A DNA stretch of 64,000 nucleotides from Verrucomicrobiales bacterium (lineage in GTDB: Bacteria > Verrucomicrobiota > Verrucomicrobiia > Verrucomicrobiales > V1-33). Shown here in pieces: positions 9,940 through 19,654 of the stretch. The notes under the pieces are model-generated. The model searched no databases, was not told the origin of the DNA, and saw only the letters and a program-made list of their open reading frames with translations. Numbering within the stretch: the first letter of the stretch is position 1; each line of letters starts with the position of its first letter. The stretch lies in contig JANOAV010000037.1 in assembly GCA_031411295.1 (NCBI GenBank), positions 63,976 to 127,975 of the forward strand, read 5' to 3'. The translations under genes were made by a program, and so were the position numbers.

Positions 9940-11259
9940 ATGATCGTTCGTTTACTCATTTTCCTTTCCTTGCTGCACCGATCTCTGGTGGCGGCCACGT
10001 TCTTTGTGGCACCCGATGGGAATGACATGAATGCCGGCTCTAAGGAGCAACCCTTCGCCACGGTGCAGCGTGCTCAGCAGGCGGTCGAGCCCGGGGATAC
10101 GGTGAATTTACGGGGCGGCACTTATCTGATGAAGGAAAGCCAGATCGCGCGTCGGCGGTATGGTCGGGCGGTGGTGACGCATCTGACGAAGAGCGGTCTG
10201 GAAGGGAAGCCGATCACTTATCAGGCGTTCGAGAACGAATCTCCTGTGTTTGATTATCGCAATGTGAAACCTGCGAACAACCGCGTGACGGCCTTTCAGG
10301 TGGATGGCTCGTGGCTGCATTTGCAGGGACTGGCGGTGGTGGGAGTGCAGGTGACCATCCTGACCCACACGCAGTCGATCTGCTTTGATAACCAAGGAGA
10401 TCACAACGTCTTCGAGCGCCTGTCGATGCATGATGGGCAGGCGATTGGGTTCTGGCTGGGCAAGGGATCGCAGAATCTGGTATTGAATTGCGATGCGTGG
10501 AATAACTGGGATTTCACGTCCGAAAACAAGCGTGGTGGCAATGTGGATGGATTCGGTTTCCATGTTCCCAAGGGCAGCGTGGGGAACGTGTTCCGGGGGT
10601 GCCGGGCGTGGTTTAATAGCGATGACGGCTTTGATTTCATCAACACGGAGGAGGCGGTCACGGTGGAGGATTGCTGGGCGTTCTACAATGGCTTTGGCAC
10701 GAAGTTCGAATCGTTGGGCGACGGCAATGGCTTCAAGGCTGGCGGCTATGCGGCCAGGCCCACCGAGCAGTTGCCGAAGCAGATTCCGCGGCACGTGATT
10801 CGGAATTGCCTGGCGGTGCGGAATAAGGCCAGTGGTTTCTACGCCAACCATCAACCGGATGGCAATGATTGGTTAAATAACACCGCCTGGAAGAATGCGA
10901 ATAATTTCAATCTGCTCAGTCGCACGCCGGATAACTTGGTGGATGTCTCGGGCCATGGTCATAAGTTGAAGAATAACCTGGGTTTCCAAGGGCGGGCCGA
11001 GGTGACCCATCTGGATGAGAAATTGAGCGATGCGGCCGGAAACTATTGGAATCTGCCAGTGAAAGTCACCGCTGAGGATTTCGCTAGTCTGGATGAAGCG
11101 GAGTTGACCCTGCCGCGGGAACCGAACGGAGATTTGCCGCGCATCAAGCTGCTGCATTTAGTTTCTGGCAGTGACCTGATTGATCGGGGGATTGAGGTTG
11201 GGCTTCCATTTGCAGGCACGGCTCCGGATCTTGGGTGCTTTGAATCGAGCGGGAAATAG
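9940..11259 (+). CDS. secreted PL9-like polysaccharide lyase (parallel beta-helix)
   Basis: Signal peptide, FVAPDGND...PFAT, NSDDGFD, GDGNGFKAGG, APDLGCFE. Confidence 0.85.
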   Translation: MIVRLLIFLSLLHRSLVAATFFVAPDGNDMNAGSKEQPFATVQRAQQAVEPGDTVNLRGGTYLMKESQIARRRYGRAVVTHLTKSGLEGKPITYQAFENESPVFDYRNVKPANNRVTAFQVDGSWLHLQGLAVVGVQVTILTHTQSICFDNQGDHNVFERLSMHDGQAIGFWLGKGSQNLVLNCDAWNNWDFTSENKRGGNVDGFGFHVPKGSVGNVFRGCRAWFNSDDGFDFINTEEAVTVEDCWAFYNGFGTKFESLGDGNGFKAGGYAARPTEQLPKQIPRHVIRNCLAVRNKASGFYANHQPDGNDWLNNTAWKNANNFNLLSRTPDNLVDVSGHGHKLKNNLGFQGRAEVTHLDEKLSDAAGNYWNLPVKVTAEDFASLDEAELTLPREPNGDLPRIKLLHLVSGSDLIDRGIEVGLPFAGTAPDLGCFESSGK

Positions 11260-11550
11260 AGTTCACGAAATGGTCAGCGCTTGGCGGGACCCTTGGTGCG
11301 CACGGGGCCTGCAAAATGGACGCATTGGTTAAGGAAGAAGAGGAATTCGGGATGCATGGGCTCACAGACTCTTTGCCACGGCTGGCGGAAAAGTGACAAA
11401 GTATTTTTCGAAAGGGCCCGACAGATGCTGTGATTGACCACGGGGTTGCCAGCGGGCGGAAATTTCCGGTCGGTGCCCAGCCCCAAGAAATTTACTTTCC
11501 CCCGGCCAAAAGCTGTTTATGGTGTCGCTTGGCCGCATCTGGCCTAACTC

Positions 11551-11802
11551 ATGCCCATCTACGAATACATTGCTACGCAGCCCGAAAAATCCTGCCGCAT
11601 CTGCGCCAAGGGATTCGAGCTACAACGCCCGATTGAACGCCCTCCTTTGGAGGTTTGTCCGCTATGCCGCCGCCCGGTGCGCAAGGTGATCAGTCAGGTC
11701 AGCACCCCGCGCATTACGGCACCGCTGTCGGTGAGTGATGCCAAGAAGGCTGGGTTTACGATTCTTAAAAAACGCGACCAAGGAGTGTATGAGAAGTTAT
11801 AA
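11551..11802 (+). CDS. FmdB family zinc-ribbon protein
   Basis: MPIYEY...CRIC...FE...CPLC. Confidence 0.85.
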   Translation: MPIYEYIATQPEKSCRICAKGFELQRPIERPPLEVCPLCRRPVRKVISQVSTPRITAPLSVSDAKKAGFTILKKRDQGVYEKL

Positions 11803-11871
11803 CAGGAAGTCCGGGCGTTTTCCACAGTCTTTTTTTGCAGCCCGCGTCCTTGTCGGTGCTAGCTCTGGCCA

Positions 11872-13473
11872 ATGAATACCCCATCCGAATCGTTTCCTCC
11901 CTTGCTCCACTGCCTGTCCCGCTTCAGCGGGAGATCACTTTGGCGATGGGTATCAACTCTTGCATTCCTGTCGCTCTGGACTGTCATCCTCGGTGGGCTT
12001 GCTCCGCTCCACGCCGAACCGGTTCCGCCAACTGCAACGCCAGCTGTTGCTGGTCCTGCGGCGGGAGATGGGGAGCACAGACTGGCAACGAGCTTCCCAT
12101 CAGCGGGTGAGGCCGCTTGGCAGATCGGGTTGGTCATTTTCCTGGTGATCTTAAATGGGATCTTCGTGGCGGCGGAATTCGCGATTGTGAAGGTGCGCTC
12201 GACGCAGATTGAGCAATTGCTGGATGAAGGGCAGCCGAAGGCGAAGCGGGCGAAGGACATTGTGGAGAACATGGATGTCTATCTGAGCGCCACCCAGCTG
12301 GGGATTACGATGGCGAGTGTCCTGCTTTCGATGTTCGGGGAAAAGTATCTTTCCAAAATGCTGGAGCCGATTTTTCCGATGCTGCACATTTCGCTGAGCA
12401 ATGAGGCCATCACGTGGATCTCCTTTATTCTGGCATTCAGTATGATTACGTCGATTCACGTGGTAATCGGTGAACTGATGCCGAAGACCTTGGCGATCCG
12501 TCGGGCGCTGGGGACGACGATGCGTTTGGCCACCCCGTTGTATTGGTTTGAACGCACGTTCAGCTGGCTGATCGCGATTTTAAATGGAGCCGCCCGCAAG
12601 CTGCTGAAGCTCTTGTTTGGAATTGAACCTGCAGGCGAACATGAAATCGTGCATAGTGCGGAGGAACTGCAAATGCTGGTGGAGGAAAGCGGACGTTCCA
12701 AGAATGTGACCCCCACGGAGCGGGACATTTCCATCAATGCGCTGGAGTTAAATGATCTGCGGGCCAAGGATATCATGACCCCGCGGACGGATATTATTTA
12801 TCTGGATGCCGGGAAGACCTTCGAGGAGAGCGTGAAGACGGCCATGGAATCGAAGCATACCCGCTTTCCCATTCGGGAAGGCAGCTTGGATAATGTGCCG
12901 GGGATCGTGCACATTAAGGATTTACTGCGGGTGATAAAAGAACCGCGGCCAGACATTTTGAAGATCGCCCGGCCGGCACTGTTTGTGCCGGAGATCCAGC
13001 CCCTGGACGAAGTCCTGAAGACTTTCCTGAGCCGCCATGCGCATATGGCCCTGGTGGTGGATGAGAATGGAGTGCTCACGGGAATGCTGACGCTGGATGA
13101 TGTGTTGGAAGAATTGGTGGGTGAGATTCAAGACGAGTTCGACACGCATGATGAAAGCTTCAAGACGCTGTCCGAGGGCGAATATCTGGTGGAAGGAAAG
13201 TTGGCGCTGTATGAATTGGCGGAGCGCACGGAGATCGAGATTGTGGATCAGAACGTTAGCACGCTGGGAGGTTATATCACTGCCTTGCTCGGTCGATTGC
13301 CTAATCAAGGGGAGCGCGTCATTTTGGAAGATCACGGTTACGAGGCTGAAGTCACGAAGACGGATGGCCGTCGGGTGGTGCAAGTGCACCTGCGGCGGGA
13401 ACAAACCAAGGCTCAAGCGGAGGCCGCCGCAGAAGCTCAGGAATTGGCTGCTGCAGAAACCAAGTCGGAATAG
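11872..13473 (+). CDS. CNNM/HlyC/CorC family membrane protein (DUF21, CBS pair, CorC)
   Basis: NGIFVAAEFAIVKVR, LSATQLGIT, GELMPK, IMTPR, ELVGEIQDEFD. Confidence 0.93.
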   Translation: MNTPSESFPPLLHCLSRFSGRSLWRWVSTLAFLSLWTVILGGLAPLHAEPVPPTATPAVAGPAAGDGEHRLATSFPSAGEAAWQIGLVIFLVILNGIFVAAEFAIVKVRSTQIEQLLDEGQPKAKRAKDIVENMDVYLSATQLGITMASVLLSMFGEKYLSKMLEPIFPMLHISLSNEAITWISFILAFSMITSIHVVIGELMPKTLAIRRALGTTMRLATPLYWFERTFSWLIAILNGAARKLLKLLFGIEPAGEHEIVHSAEELQMLVEESGRSKNVTPTERDISINALELNDLRAKDIMTPRTDIIYLDAGKTFEESVKTAMESKHTRFPIREGSLDNVPGIVHIKDLLRVIKEPRPDILKIARPALFVPEIQPLDEVLKTFLSRHAHMALVVDENGVLTGMLTLDDVLEELVGEIQDEFDTHDESFKTLSEGEYLVEGKLALYELAERTEIEIVDQNVSTLGGYITALLGRLPNQGERVILEDHGYEAEVTKTDGRRVVQVHLRREQTKAQAEAAAEAQELAAAETKSE

Positions 13474-13490
13474 AGATTCCTCATCATCCT

Positions 13491-14591
13491 TTGAGCTTGG
13501 AACTCGCAGAGCTATTGCGGCAGGAGATCGTGGCGCACGGTGCGGTCTCATTCGCCAGGTTCATGGAACGGGCCCTGTATGAGCCTGGGTTGGGATATTA
13601 TGCGCGGCGGCAAAATGTCACCGGGAGGAAAGGTGACTTCATTACCAGCGTGAGCGTAGGACCGTGCTTTGGTCAGTTATTGGCAGAGCAGGTGGCGGAT
13701 TATTGGGATGTGATTGGTCGGCCTGAGGAATTTCATTTGGTGGAGCAAGGGGCCAATGACGGTCGGTTAATGGCTGATGTGGTGCAGTGGTTGGAACAAC
13801 AGCACGCAACTTGCGCTGCGGCGGTGGTGGTGCATCTCATCGAACCGCTGGAAAGCGCCCGGGAGGAGCAACGGCGGCATTTGCCGCAGGTGCATCATCA
13901 CGCGGTGGGCGAGGCACTGAAGTTCAAACAGGGGATGCTTTTCTGTAATGAATTGCTGGATGCCTTTCCGGTGCAGAGAGTGCGGTGGGATGGTGAGTGC
14001 TGGCGGGAACTTGGGGTCGGGGTGGGGGACGACGGTGGGTTTCACGAGGTGACTTTGGATCCGGTGTTGTCGCTGGCAATCCCCACTGCGGAGTTACCGC
14101 CCGGCTACACCACCGAGTATTGTTTGGAGGTGGAGCGCTGGTTGCAGCAAACGTCCGCTTGGTTCGAACAGGGACTGTGGCTGGTGGTCGATTACGGCCT
14201 GCACGCGGAGGAATATTTTGCCCCCTGGCGGACGGAAGGGACTTTGCGTGGGTATTCGCGGCATCGCATGGTGACAAAGGATTTTCTAGCGACGCCCGGA
14301 CTGATGGATCTGACCGCTCATGTAAATTGGACGGAGGTGTTGGCGGCTGGAGCAGCCCTTGGGCTGCAGGTGACTGGTCCGGTGGCGCAGTTGAGATTCC
14401 TCACGGCTTTGGCCGAACCGGTTCTGAAAAATATGGAAAAAGCAGGATCGATGTCTCCTGAGGATCGGGGATGGCTGCGTCAGTTTCAGACGCTGACTAA
14501 TCCCAGTCAGATGGGCAGCAAATTCCAAGCGGTTTTGCTGAGCAAAGGAGTCCTGCGGCGGGCGTTGCTTGGGGCGAAATATGGTCGCTAG
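13491..14591 (+). CDS. MidA/NDUFAF7 (DUF185) SAM-dependent methyltransferase
   Basis: FARFMERALYEPGLGYY, GDFITS, EQGANDG, NELLDAFP, DLTAHVNW; TTG start uncertain. Confidence 0.9.
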   Translation: MSLELAELLRQEIVAHGAVSFARFMERALYEPGLGYYARRQNVTGRKGDFITSVSVGPCFGQLLAEQVADYWDVIGRPEEFHLVEQGANDGRLMADVVQWLEQQHATCAAAVVVHLIEPLESAREEQRRHLPQVHHHAVGEALKFKQGMLFCNELLDAFPVQRVRWDGECWRELGVGVGDDGGFHEVTLDPVLSLAIPTAELPPGYTTEYCLEVERWLQQTSAWFEQGLWLVVDYGLHAEEYFAPWRTEGTLRGYSRHRMVTKDFLATPGLMDLTAHVNWTEVLAAGAALGLQVTGPVAQLRFLTALAEPVLKNMEKAGSMSPEDRGWLRQFQTLTNPSQMGSKFQAVLLSKGVLRRALLGAKYGR

Positions 14592-14840
14592 TAGCTGGTG
14601 TGGGCTCCCAGCCTCCTTTGGCGGGGAAGCGCCCGCGGTCGCGGCATTGGAATGTCGCGCTGCGTGGTTCGGCATTTCAATGCGGAAATGGGGGCGTATC
14701 AGGAAGCTGAGCTTGTCAAATCAAGCTCTCAGAAATGAGATAATTATATCAAATGCGAGGCTTTAAGTTGACAATACCATAATTTCAGGAATATTACGCC
14801 CGATCCCTACTGGCAAGTAATATCGGAATCAGTCAAAATT

Positions 14841-17800
14841 ATGGAAAAAACCCCAATTATCATTACAAGTTCGTCTCTGTGTCTAAGAATGGTGCCCGCT
14901 ATCCTGGCGATTTGTCAGGCCGTGAGTCCCTCACTTAGCGCTGTGGAAACCGCGCTTCCGCCAGAGACTATCCTGCGCGCCCTTCCTGCGTTGCCTGCGG
15001 ATTCCGAAGGATCAGGGGAAGGCGACAGTGATGGCAAATCTCCGGGCAAGGCGGCGGTGAACGGAGTTGCTGGAGGGCATGGGGACTACGTGCACTGGAA
15101 TTCTTGGACCCGGGCGGGCGCTACGGAGGATGAGTTTTCTTACGGTATGGAATTGTTGGCCCCACTCTGGCACGATGAGCGCTCCGTGTTGTTTCTCTAT
15201 CCCCAAGTGGGTGCTTTGGATGCCGGAAGGCAGAATTATAGCCTGGGCTTGGGAGGGCGGGTGCAGTTGGATAGTGCTCCCATTATTCTGGGAGCGAACG
15301 TTTTCTACGACCACTCGGAAGGCTTCTATAACCAGAATTTCGATCAACTGGGAGCCGGGGTTGAAGTGCTCAGCGATTGGTGGGAGTTCCGTGCGAATGG
15401 ATACTTGAATTTATCGGATGAACGATTGATCGATTCCGTGCGCACGACGGAAACGTCGAGCAACACCCGTCAAACCGGCAGCAGCGCGCAATATGTCAGC
15501 AGCAGTGAGGGCTACGCAACGGGGCATAGCATCGTGCAGCAGAATTACTATCGGCAGACGCAGACCTTTCAGACGGTGACGACGAACACGACCCGGATGT
15601 GGGAAAATTTCGCCCAACCGATGAGTGGCTTGGATGCGGAGTTCGGGGTGCTTGTGCCCGGATTGCCGAAGCGCAATATTGAGGCGCGATTGTTTGTGGG
15701 CGGCTACTACTATCGCAATCCATTTGGGGGCAAGGATCTCAGCGGCCTGAAGGCGCGGGCGGAAGTGCGGCTCTGGGATCGACTATATTTGGACGGAGCT
15801 TGGGCGCAGGATGAGGAAGTCATGGGCGGCAATTGGTATGCCGGCATCCGCGTGAACATTCCATTCGGAGCCAAGGCCGAATCCTCCGTGCGCTTGAATA
15901 ATGGCCTCCACCCACTAACGGAGCGGCTGAACGAGGCGGTGCGTCGCAACGCGCGCCCCGTGATGGCCCAGAGCGGGTATCGGGAAAATGTGGACCTGCG
16001 TGATGTCGTGCGGGCGATCCAAGTGCGACGGGCGATCCGCGTGGTGGCCAAGACGCAGGTGATCCAGGACAAGATTGATTTCGTGGACAACACCGCCACG
16101 CAGGGCGGGCCGACGGATGCGTCCACGGTTACTGGCAGTGGCACGGCAGAGCAGCCATTTCAGAGCATCGTGCTCGCAGCTGCTGATGCGGCCCAGCGCT
16201 ATGGTGCCACTGGGATGGCCCACACGGTGATGGTTAAGCCTACCGCTTGGGCTTACCAAGGCAATGTGTTGATCACCGCGCCCATGCATCTTACTGGGGC
16301 GCAGAACTGCGGCGGCATTCTGCACTCAGGCTTGGCGGATGTCGCGACGGGCGGGAATCCCAATTATACCGTGGGCTTCACTGAGCCGCTGGCTTTGGTC
16401 TTTGGTGGTTTCGAAGCCCACAATGTGGCTGGCAGAGTGGAGATCGATGGCTTCAACATTCGGCATGGAAGTTGGGCGGGCGATGGCATCGTGCTGGGAA
16501 ACGTGGCGCAAAGCTCCATCCGCTGTAACAACATTTCGGTGCCGGGAAATGGCATCAACGTGAGGGCCATTTGGAATACCAATCGCACGGAGATCTACGA
16601 TAACATCATCAACGACAATGGTGGCCATGGAATCAAAATCAGCGGGGAATATTCCGGACACCTGTCCGGTCTGGTAGCGGGCAATGATCTTTCCCGCAAT
16701 GGTGGGCATGGGTTGGACCTGCGTTTGAATGATCCATCAGGGGGCGACCCCAGCGCGCTGAGTTCCAGTTGGAACGGGAACGTGGAGAACAATCGTTTGT
16801 CCAATAACCTGGGCAACGGATTCCATTACGAGGGCTCTGGCTCCCTGGCGGGTAACTTGGTGGATAATTTTATCAACGAGAATCAGGGGGCAGCCGGGGT
16901 GGGATTTGCCAACTCCGGCAACGGTCATGTCAACGTAGGTTTGGCCTACAACGATATCCTGAACAACGCCAACGGAGGCGTGGCGGTGTCTGGGCAGCAA
17001 GCTGCGGAAACGATCCTGCCAGTCGTTAGGAATAGCATTTATGACAATGGTAGCTTCGGCTACCGGGCGGATCTCAAGGACGAGGCCACGCTGCGGGGAG
17101 ACCTGCAGGACAACTACCTAGCCATCAATCATCGCGCTGGAGTGGAATTCTCCCTCGGGAACAACAGTCGTATGAATGTCAGTCTGCTGCACAATGATGC
17201 CCACGGCAGCGGCACGGATGGGGTCATGGGCTACCTGGATGGCGGAAGTTTCACGGGCGACATTTCCAATAACAACTTGGATGGCAATGGCCGCAATGGA
17301 CTCTATCTTTTCGGCACCACCGGAGCCTTCAATTCCGTGATCACTGGTCAGATCAACAACAACAACCTCAGTGAAAATGGCAGCAATGGCCTGGCCGTGG
17401 AAATGAATACCGGCAACTTCGGCAGCAGTGTTTTCTCCAATATCGCCAACCAGAATGGCAACAACGGAATCACCATCAGTGGAAAAATTGCCACTCTGGT
17501 CTTGGATCTGCATGACAACATCGCCAATCAGAATGCCGATTCCGGCCTTGCGATCTCGGGTCATGGGACGCAAATCTGGAGTGTCGGAGTGCAGCATAAC
17601 ACGCTGGCAGGTAACAACAGCACGTCCCATCTGCCCTTCTCAGGATTGGATATTTCCCTGGTGGATTCGGCCTGGAATTCCGGGAGCATTTATGCCAATG
17701 AAGTCTCCGGCACTGCTTTCCGCGGCATTAGCATTAATCTCAGTGGAACCAGCACCTGGCAGGGCGATGTGCATGGGAACTATGTGCACGAAAACGGCTT

Positions 17801-18230
17801 TGCACCTTACGCTGCGGGAGCGCTCAGCGGTTCCGGTATCTTCCTGGGCCTGGCCAACAGTGGCGTCACGAACCTGAATCTGATTTATAATGCGGCTAAT
17901 AAAAACGGCTCCGGCACCTTGGTTGATCCCGTGGATGCAGGGATCGACATCCTTTCGGATAACCATCCCGGCACATGGAATGGAAACATCTTTGGCAACG
18001 TTACCAACGACAACCGCGGACTCGGCCTAACCTGGCGGACCACCACGACGGGAGCCGCCACGTTCAATGGAAACTTCCAGAACAACACCTCCAACGGCAA
18101 TCAATCCAGCGGCTTCCTCATCATCTCAGGACCGGCTCCCGTAACCATCGGCGGCGGCACACAGACGGGTGGAAACACCAGCTCCGGCAATATCAATCCA
18201 GATTGGTTCACCGGCGGCTTCGGGCTCTAG
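14841..18230 (+). CDS. inverse autotransporter beta-domain protein with parallel beta-helix passenger
   Basis: N-terminal barrel strands SLGLGGR...ILGANVFYD...QLGAGVE...FRANGY...GLDAEFG...RAEVR...RLNEAVRR, followed by many N/G-rich beta-helix repeats. Confidence 0.78.
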   Translation: MEKTPIIITSSSLCLRMVPAILAICQAVSPSLSAVETALPPETILRALPALPADSEGSGEGDSDGKSPGKAAVNGVAGGHGDYVHWNSWTRAGATEDEFSYGMELLAPLWHDERSVLFLYPQVGALDAGRQNYSLGLGGRVQLDSAPIILGANVFYDHSEGFYNQNFDQLGAGVEVLSDWWEFRANGYLNLSDERLIDSVRTTETSSNTRQTGSSAQYVSSSEGYATGHSIVQQNYYRQTQTFQTVTTNTTRMWENFAQPMSGLDAEFGVLVPGLPKRNIEARLFVGGYYYRNPFGGKDLSGLKARAEVRLWDRLYLDGAWAQDEEVMGGNWYAGIRVNIPFGAKAESSVRLNNGLHPLTERLNEAVRRNARPVMAQSGYRENVDLRDVVRAIQVRRAIRVVAKTQVIQDKIDFVDNTATQGGPTDASTVTGSGTAEQPFQSIVLAAADAAQRYGATGMAHTVMVKPTAWAYQGNVLITAPMHLTGAQNCGGILHSGLADVATGGNPNYTVGFTEPLALVFGGFEAHNVAGRVEIDGFNIRHGSWAGDGIVLGNVAQSSIRCNNISVPGNGINVRAIWNTNRTEIYDNIINDNGGHGIKISGEYSGHLSGLVAGNDLSRNGGHGLDLRLNDPSGGDPSALSSSWNGNVENNRLSNNLGNGFHYEGSGSLAGNLVDNFINENQGAAGVGFANSGNGHVNVGLAYNDILNNANGGVAVSGQQAAETILPVVRNSIYDNGSFGYRADLKDEATLRGDLQDNYLAINHRAGVEFSLGNNSRMNVSLLHNDAHGSGTDGVMGYLDGGSFTGDISNNNLDGNGRNGLYLFGTTGAFNSVITGQINNNNLSENGSNGLAVEMNTGNFGSSVFSNIANQNGNNGITISGKIATLVLDLHDNIANQNADSGLAISGHGTQIWSVGVQHNTLAGNNSTSHLPFSGLDISLVDSAWNSGSIYANEVSGTAFRGISINLSGTSTWQGDVHGNYVHENGFAPYAAGALSGSGIFLGLANSGVTNLNLIYNAANKNGSGTLVDPVDAGIDILSDNHPGTWNGNIFGNVTNDNRGLGLTWRTTTTGAATFNGNFQNNTSNGNQSSGFLIISGPAPVTIGGGTQTGGNTSSGNINPDWFTGGFGL

Positions 18231-18241
18231 CCGGCTAAAGC

Positions 18242-18261
18242 CTCAGACAATCCTGACCTGC
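18242..18261 (+). repeat. dispersed repeat ctcagaca(a)tcctgacctgc, copy 1
   Basis: Matches 63556-63574 with one indel. Confidence 0.6.
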
Positions 18262-18280
18262 ACGGAAGGTTTTCCGTGCA
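18259..18280. terminator. hairpin between convergent genes
   Basis: tgcacggaa-ggtt-ttccgtgca; no strong U tract. Confidence 0.4.
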
Positions 18281-18343
18281 TAGGGAAAATGGATGGCCCT
18301 GCGCTTAGTAATGGGCGTTCGTTGGAAATGGTGGACAGAGTCA

Positions 18344-18365
18344 CGCCACTCCAATTGGAGTGGCG
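18344..18365. repeat. perfect 22-bp palindrome
   Basis: cgccactccaa|ttggagtggcg. Confidence 0.7.
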
Positions 18366-18452
18366 GAGACGCGTTTCTCGGAAACGAACACAGCACCCAG
18401 GTAAAACCGGGGTGCTGTGCGAAAATTCGGATCGAGTCAGATCCTTGCTGGA

Positions 18453-18716
18453 CTAATTGGCGTGGTGCGCGGCGGCGGCAGCAGCGGCATTGGCGGCGTG
18501 CGTGGCGGCAGATTCCCGGTTGCCGGAAATGAAGCGGAACTTGTATTTATTCTTTTTGGCTGCGGTCCGGGCCTTGCGGCGGGATTTCTCAACCTTGGTT
18601 TCGTGAGCGCGCAGGCGACGGACTTCGTCTAGCTTGCCTTCAACTTCCATTTTGCTTTTAAGACGCTTGAGGGCGCGATCAATGGGTTCGCCTTTCTTGA
18701 CAGGGATTTCGAGCAT
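18453..18716 (-). CDS. rpsU: 30S ribosomal protein bS21 with Ala-rich tail
   Basis: MLEIPVKKGEPIDRALKRLKSKMEVEGKLDEVRRLRAHE. Confidence 0.9.
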   Translation of the reverse strand: MLEIPVKKGEPIDRALKRLKSKMEVEGKLDEVRRLRAHETKVEKSRRKARTAAKKNKYKFRFISGNRESAATHAANAAAAAAAHHAN

Positions 18717-18826
18717 GTGGACTCCGGGGGTATTGGGTGGGTTTGATTGGGAAGAGGTTTGGCAGCGGTGGCACCTAATAAGTAGGTATTCACTCGCACA
18801 GACCAAAGATTCGGAAAAGGACGTGC

Positions 18827-18854
18827 ATTCTACAATCCTCCATACTCCTGTCAA
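18827..18854 (-). promoter_or_regulatory. sigma70-like promoter of rpsU
   Basis: TTGACA-16-TAGAAT, giving a leader of about 100 nt. Confidence 0.7.
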
Positions 18855-18917
18855 CAAAGATTCACGGGAACATTTCCCGGTTTTTATCAGAACCGAGACT
18901 TGATCAAGAATTAATTA

Positions 18918-18966
18918 CAAATAATAATAAAAATTTCTAGACTTTGGTGGAGATGGGAATTATAGT
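18918..18966 (+). promoter_or_regulatory. sigma70-like promoter with AT-rich UP element
   Basis: A/T tract, then TAGACT(18938)-17-TATAGT(18961). Confidence 0.6.
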
Positions 18967-18995
18967 TTCTACGTAACCTTCAAGAACCGACCCCT

Positions 18996-19127
18996 ATGTT
19001 CACCAACCCAAACCAAAAAACCGCAATCGAAACTCTGATCCCAGAGCGTGTCGTGACGCTAGCCCTCCTCTCCTGCACGGGGGCAGCTCTCTACCTGCTC
19101 AAGACCACGCTGATGTTCGTTTCATAA
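18996..19127 (+). CDS. putative 43-aa single-pass membrane protein
   Basis: Manual translation MFTNPNQKTAIETLIPERVVTLALLSCTGAALYLLKTTLMFVS; lies between the promoter and the pilin gene. Confidence 0.55.
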   Translation: MFTNPNQKTAIETLIPERVVTLALLSCTGAALYLLKTTLMFVS

Positions 19128-19187
19128 GAACCTGCGTGGGCCCTGAGATCTAGGGATTCCCGGCACGGCCCAACCTCAACCCTGGCC

Positions 19188-19586
19188 ATGAAACGCAAAA
19201 TAACTAGCCCCAAATTTAGTGCCCGCCATCGGAAGCAGACCGGATTCAGCCTCGTCGAACTCCTCGTCGTCATCGCTGTGATCGGCATCCTGACAGCGTT
19301 GGCCCTCCCGACGTTCCTCTCGGACTATCGCGACACCAATGCTGCTGCCGCGAGGCGAAATGCTCAATGCATCGCCACCACGGCCCAGATGGCGTTGTCT
19401 GCTGGAGATGACACGGTAAAAAACAGTGTGAGTATTGAGGATGCGATCACCAAATTAAGCCAGGGCGTGAATGGCAAGGGAGCCTTGAGCACCAGTGTCT
19501 TTAAAATATCAACTCTGGGGAGCGATGAGATCAGCCAAACCAAGCCCTACTTGAACTTCTCCAACGGGGTGCTGTCCTTGCGTTAG
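19188..19586 (+). CDS. type IV pilin / pseudopilin
   Basis: Basic leader, then G^FSLVELLVVIAVIGIL class III signal. Confidence 0.92.
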   Translation: MKRKITSPKFSARHRKQTGFSLVELLVVIAVIGILTALALPTFLSDYRDTNAAAARRNAQCIATTAQMALSAGDDTVKNSVSIEDAITKLSQGVNGKGALSTSVFKISTLGSDEISQTKPYLNFSNGVLSLR

Positions 19587-19654
19587 TGTTAATTTTCGGG
19601 TTTCGGAGAAATCTTTGCTTTCCAACGCGGTGAATTTCTCCATGATAAGCCGGA

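Noticed and set aside
11274..11357. 27-aa minus-strand ORF MHPEFLFFLNQCVHFAGPVRTKGPAKR
   Set aside because: No supporting signal, terminator or motif.
14590..14650. Possible degenerate REP after the MidA-like gene
   Set aside because: Pairing is too weak and there is no second copy in the window.
14713..14797. TTGACA promoter and ttgtcaa/ttgacaa dyad upstream of the autotransporter
   Set aside because: No convincing -10 at proper spacing; the dyad is too short.
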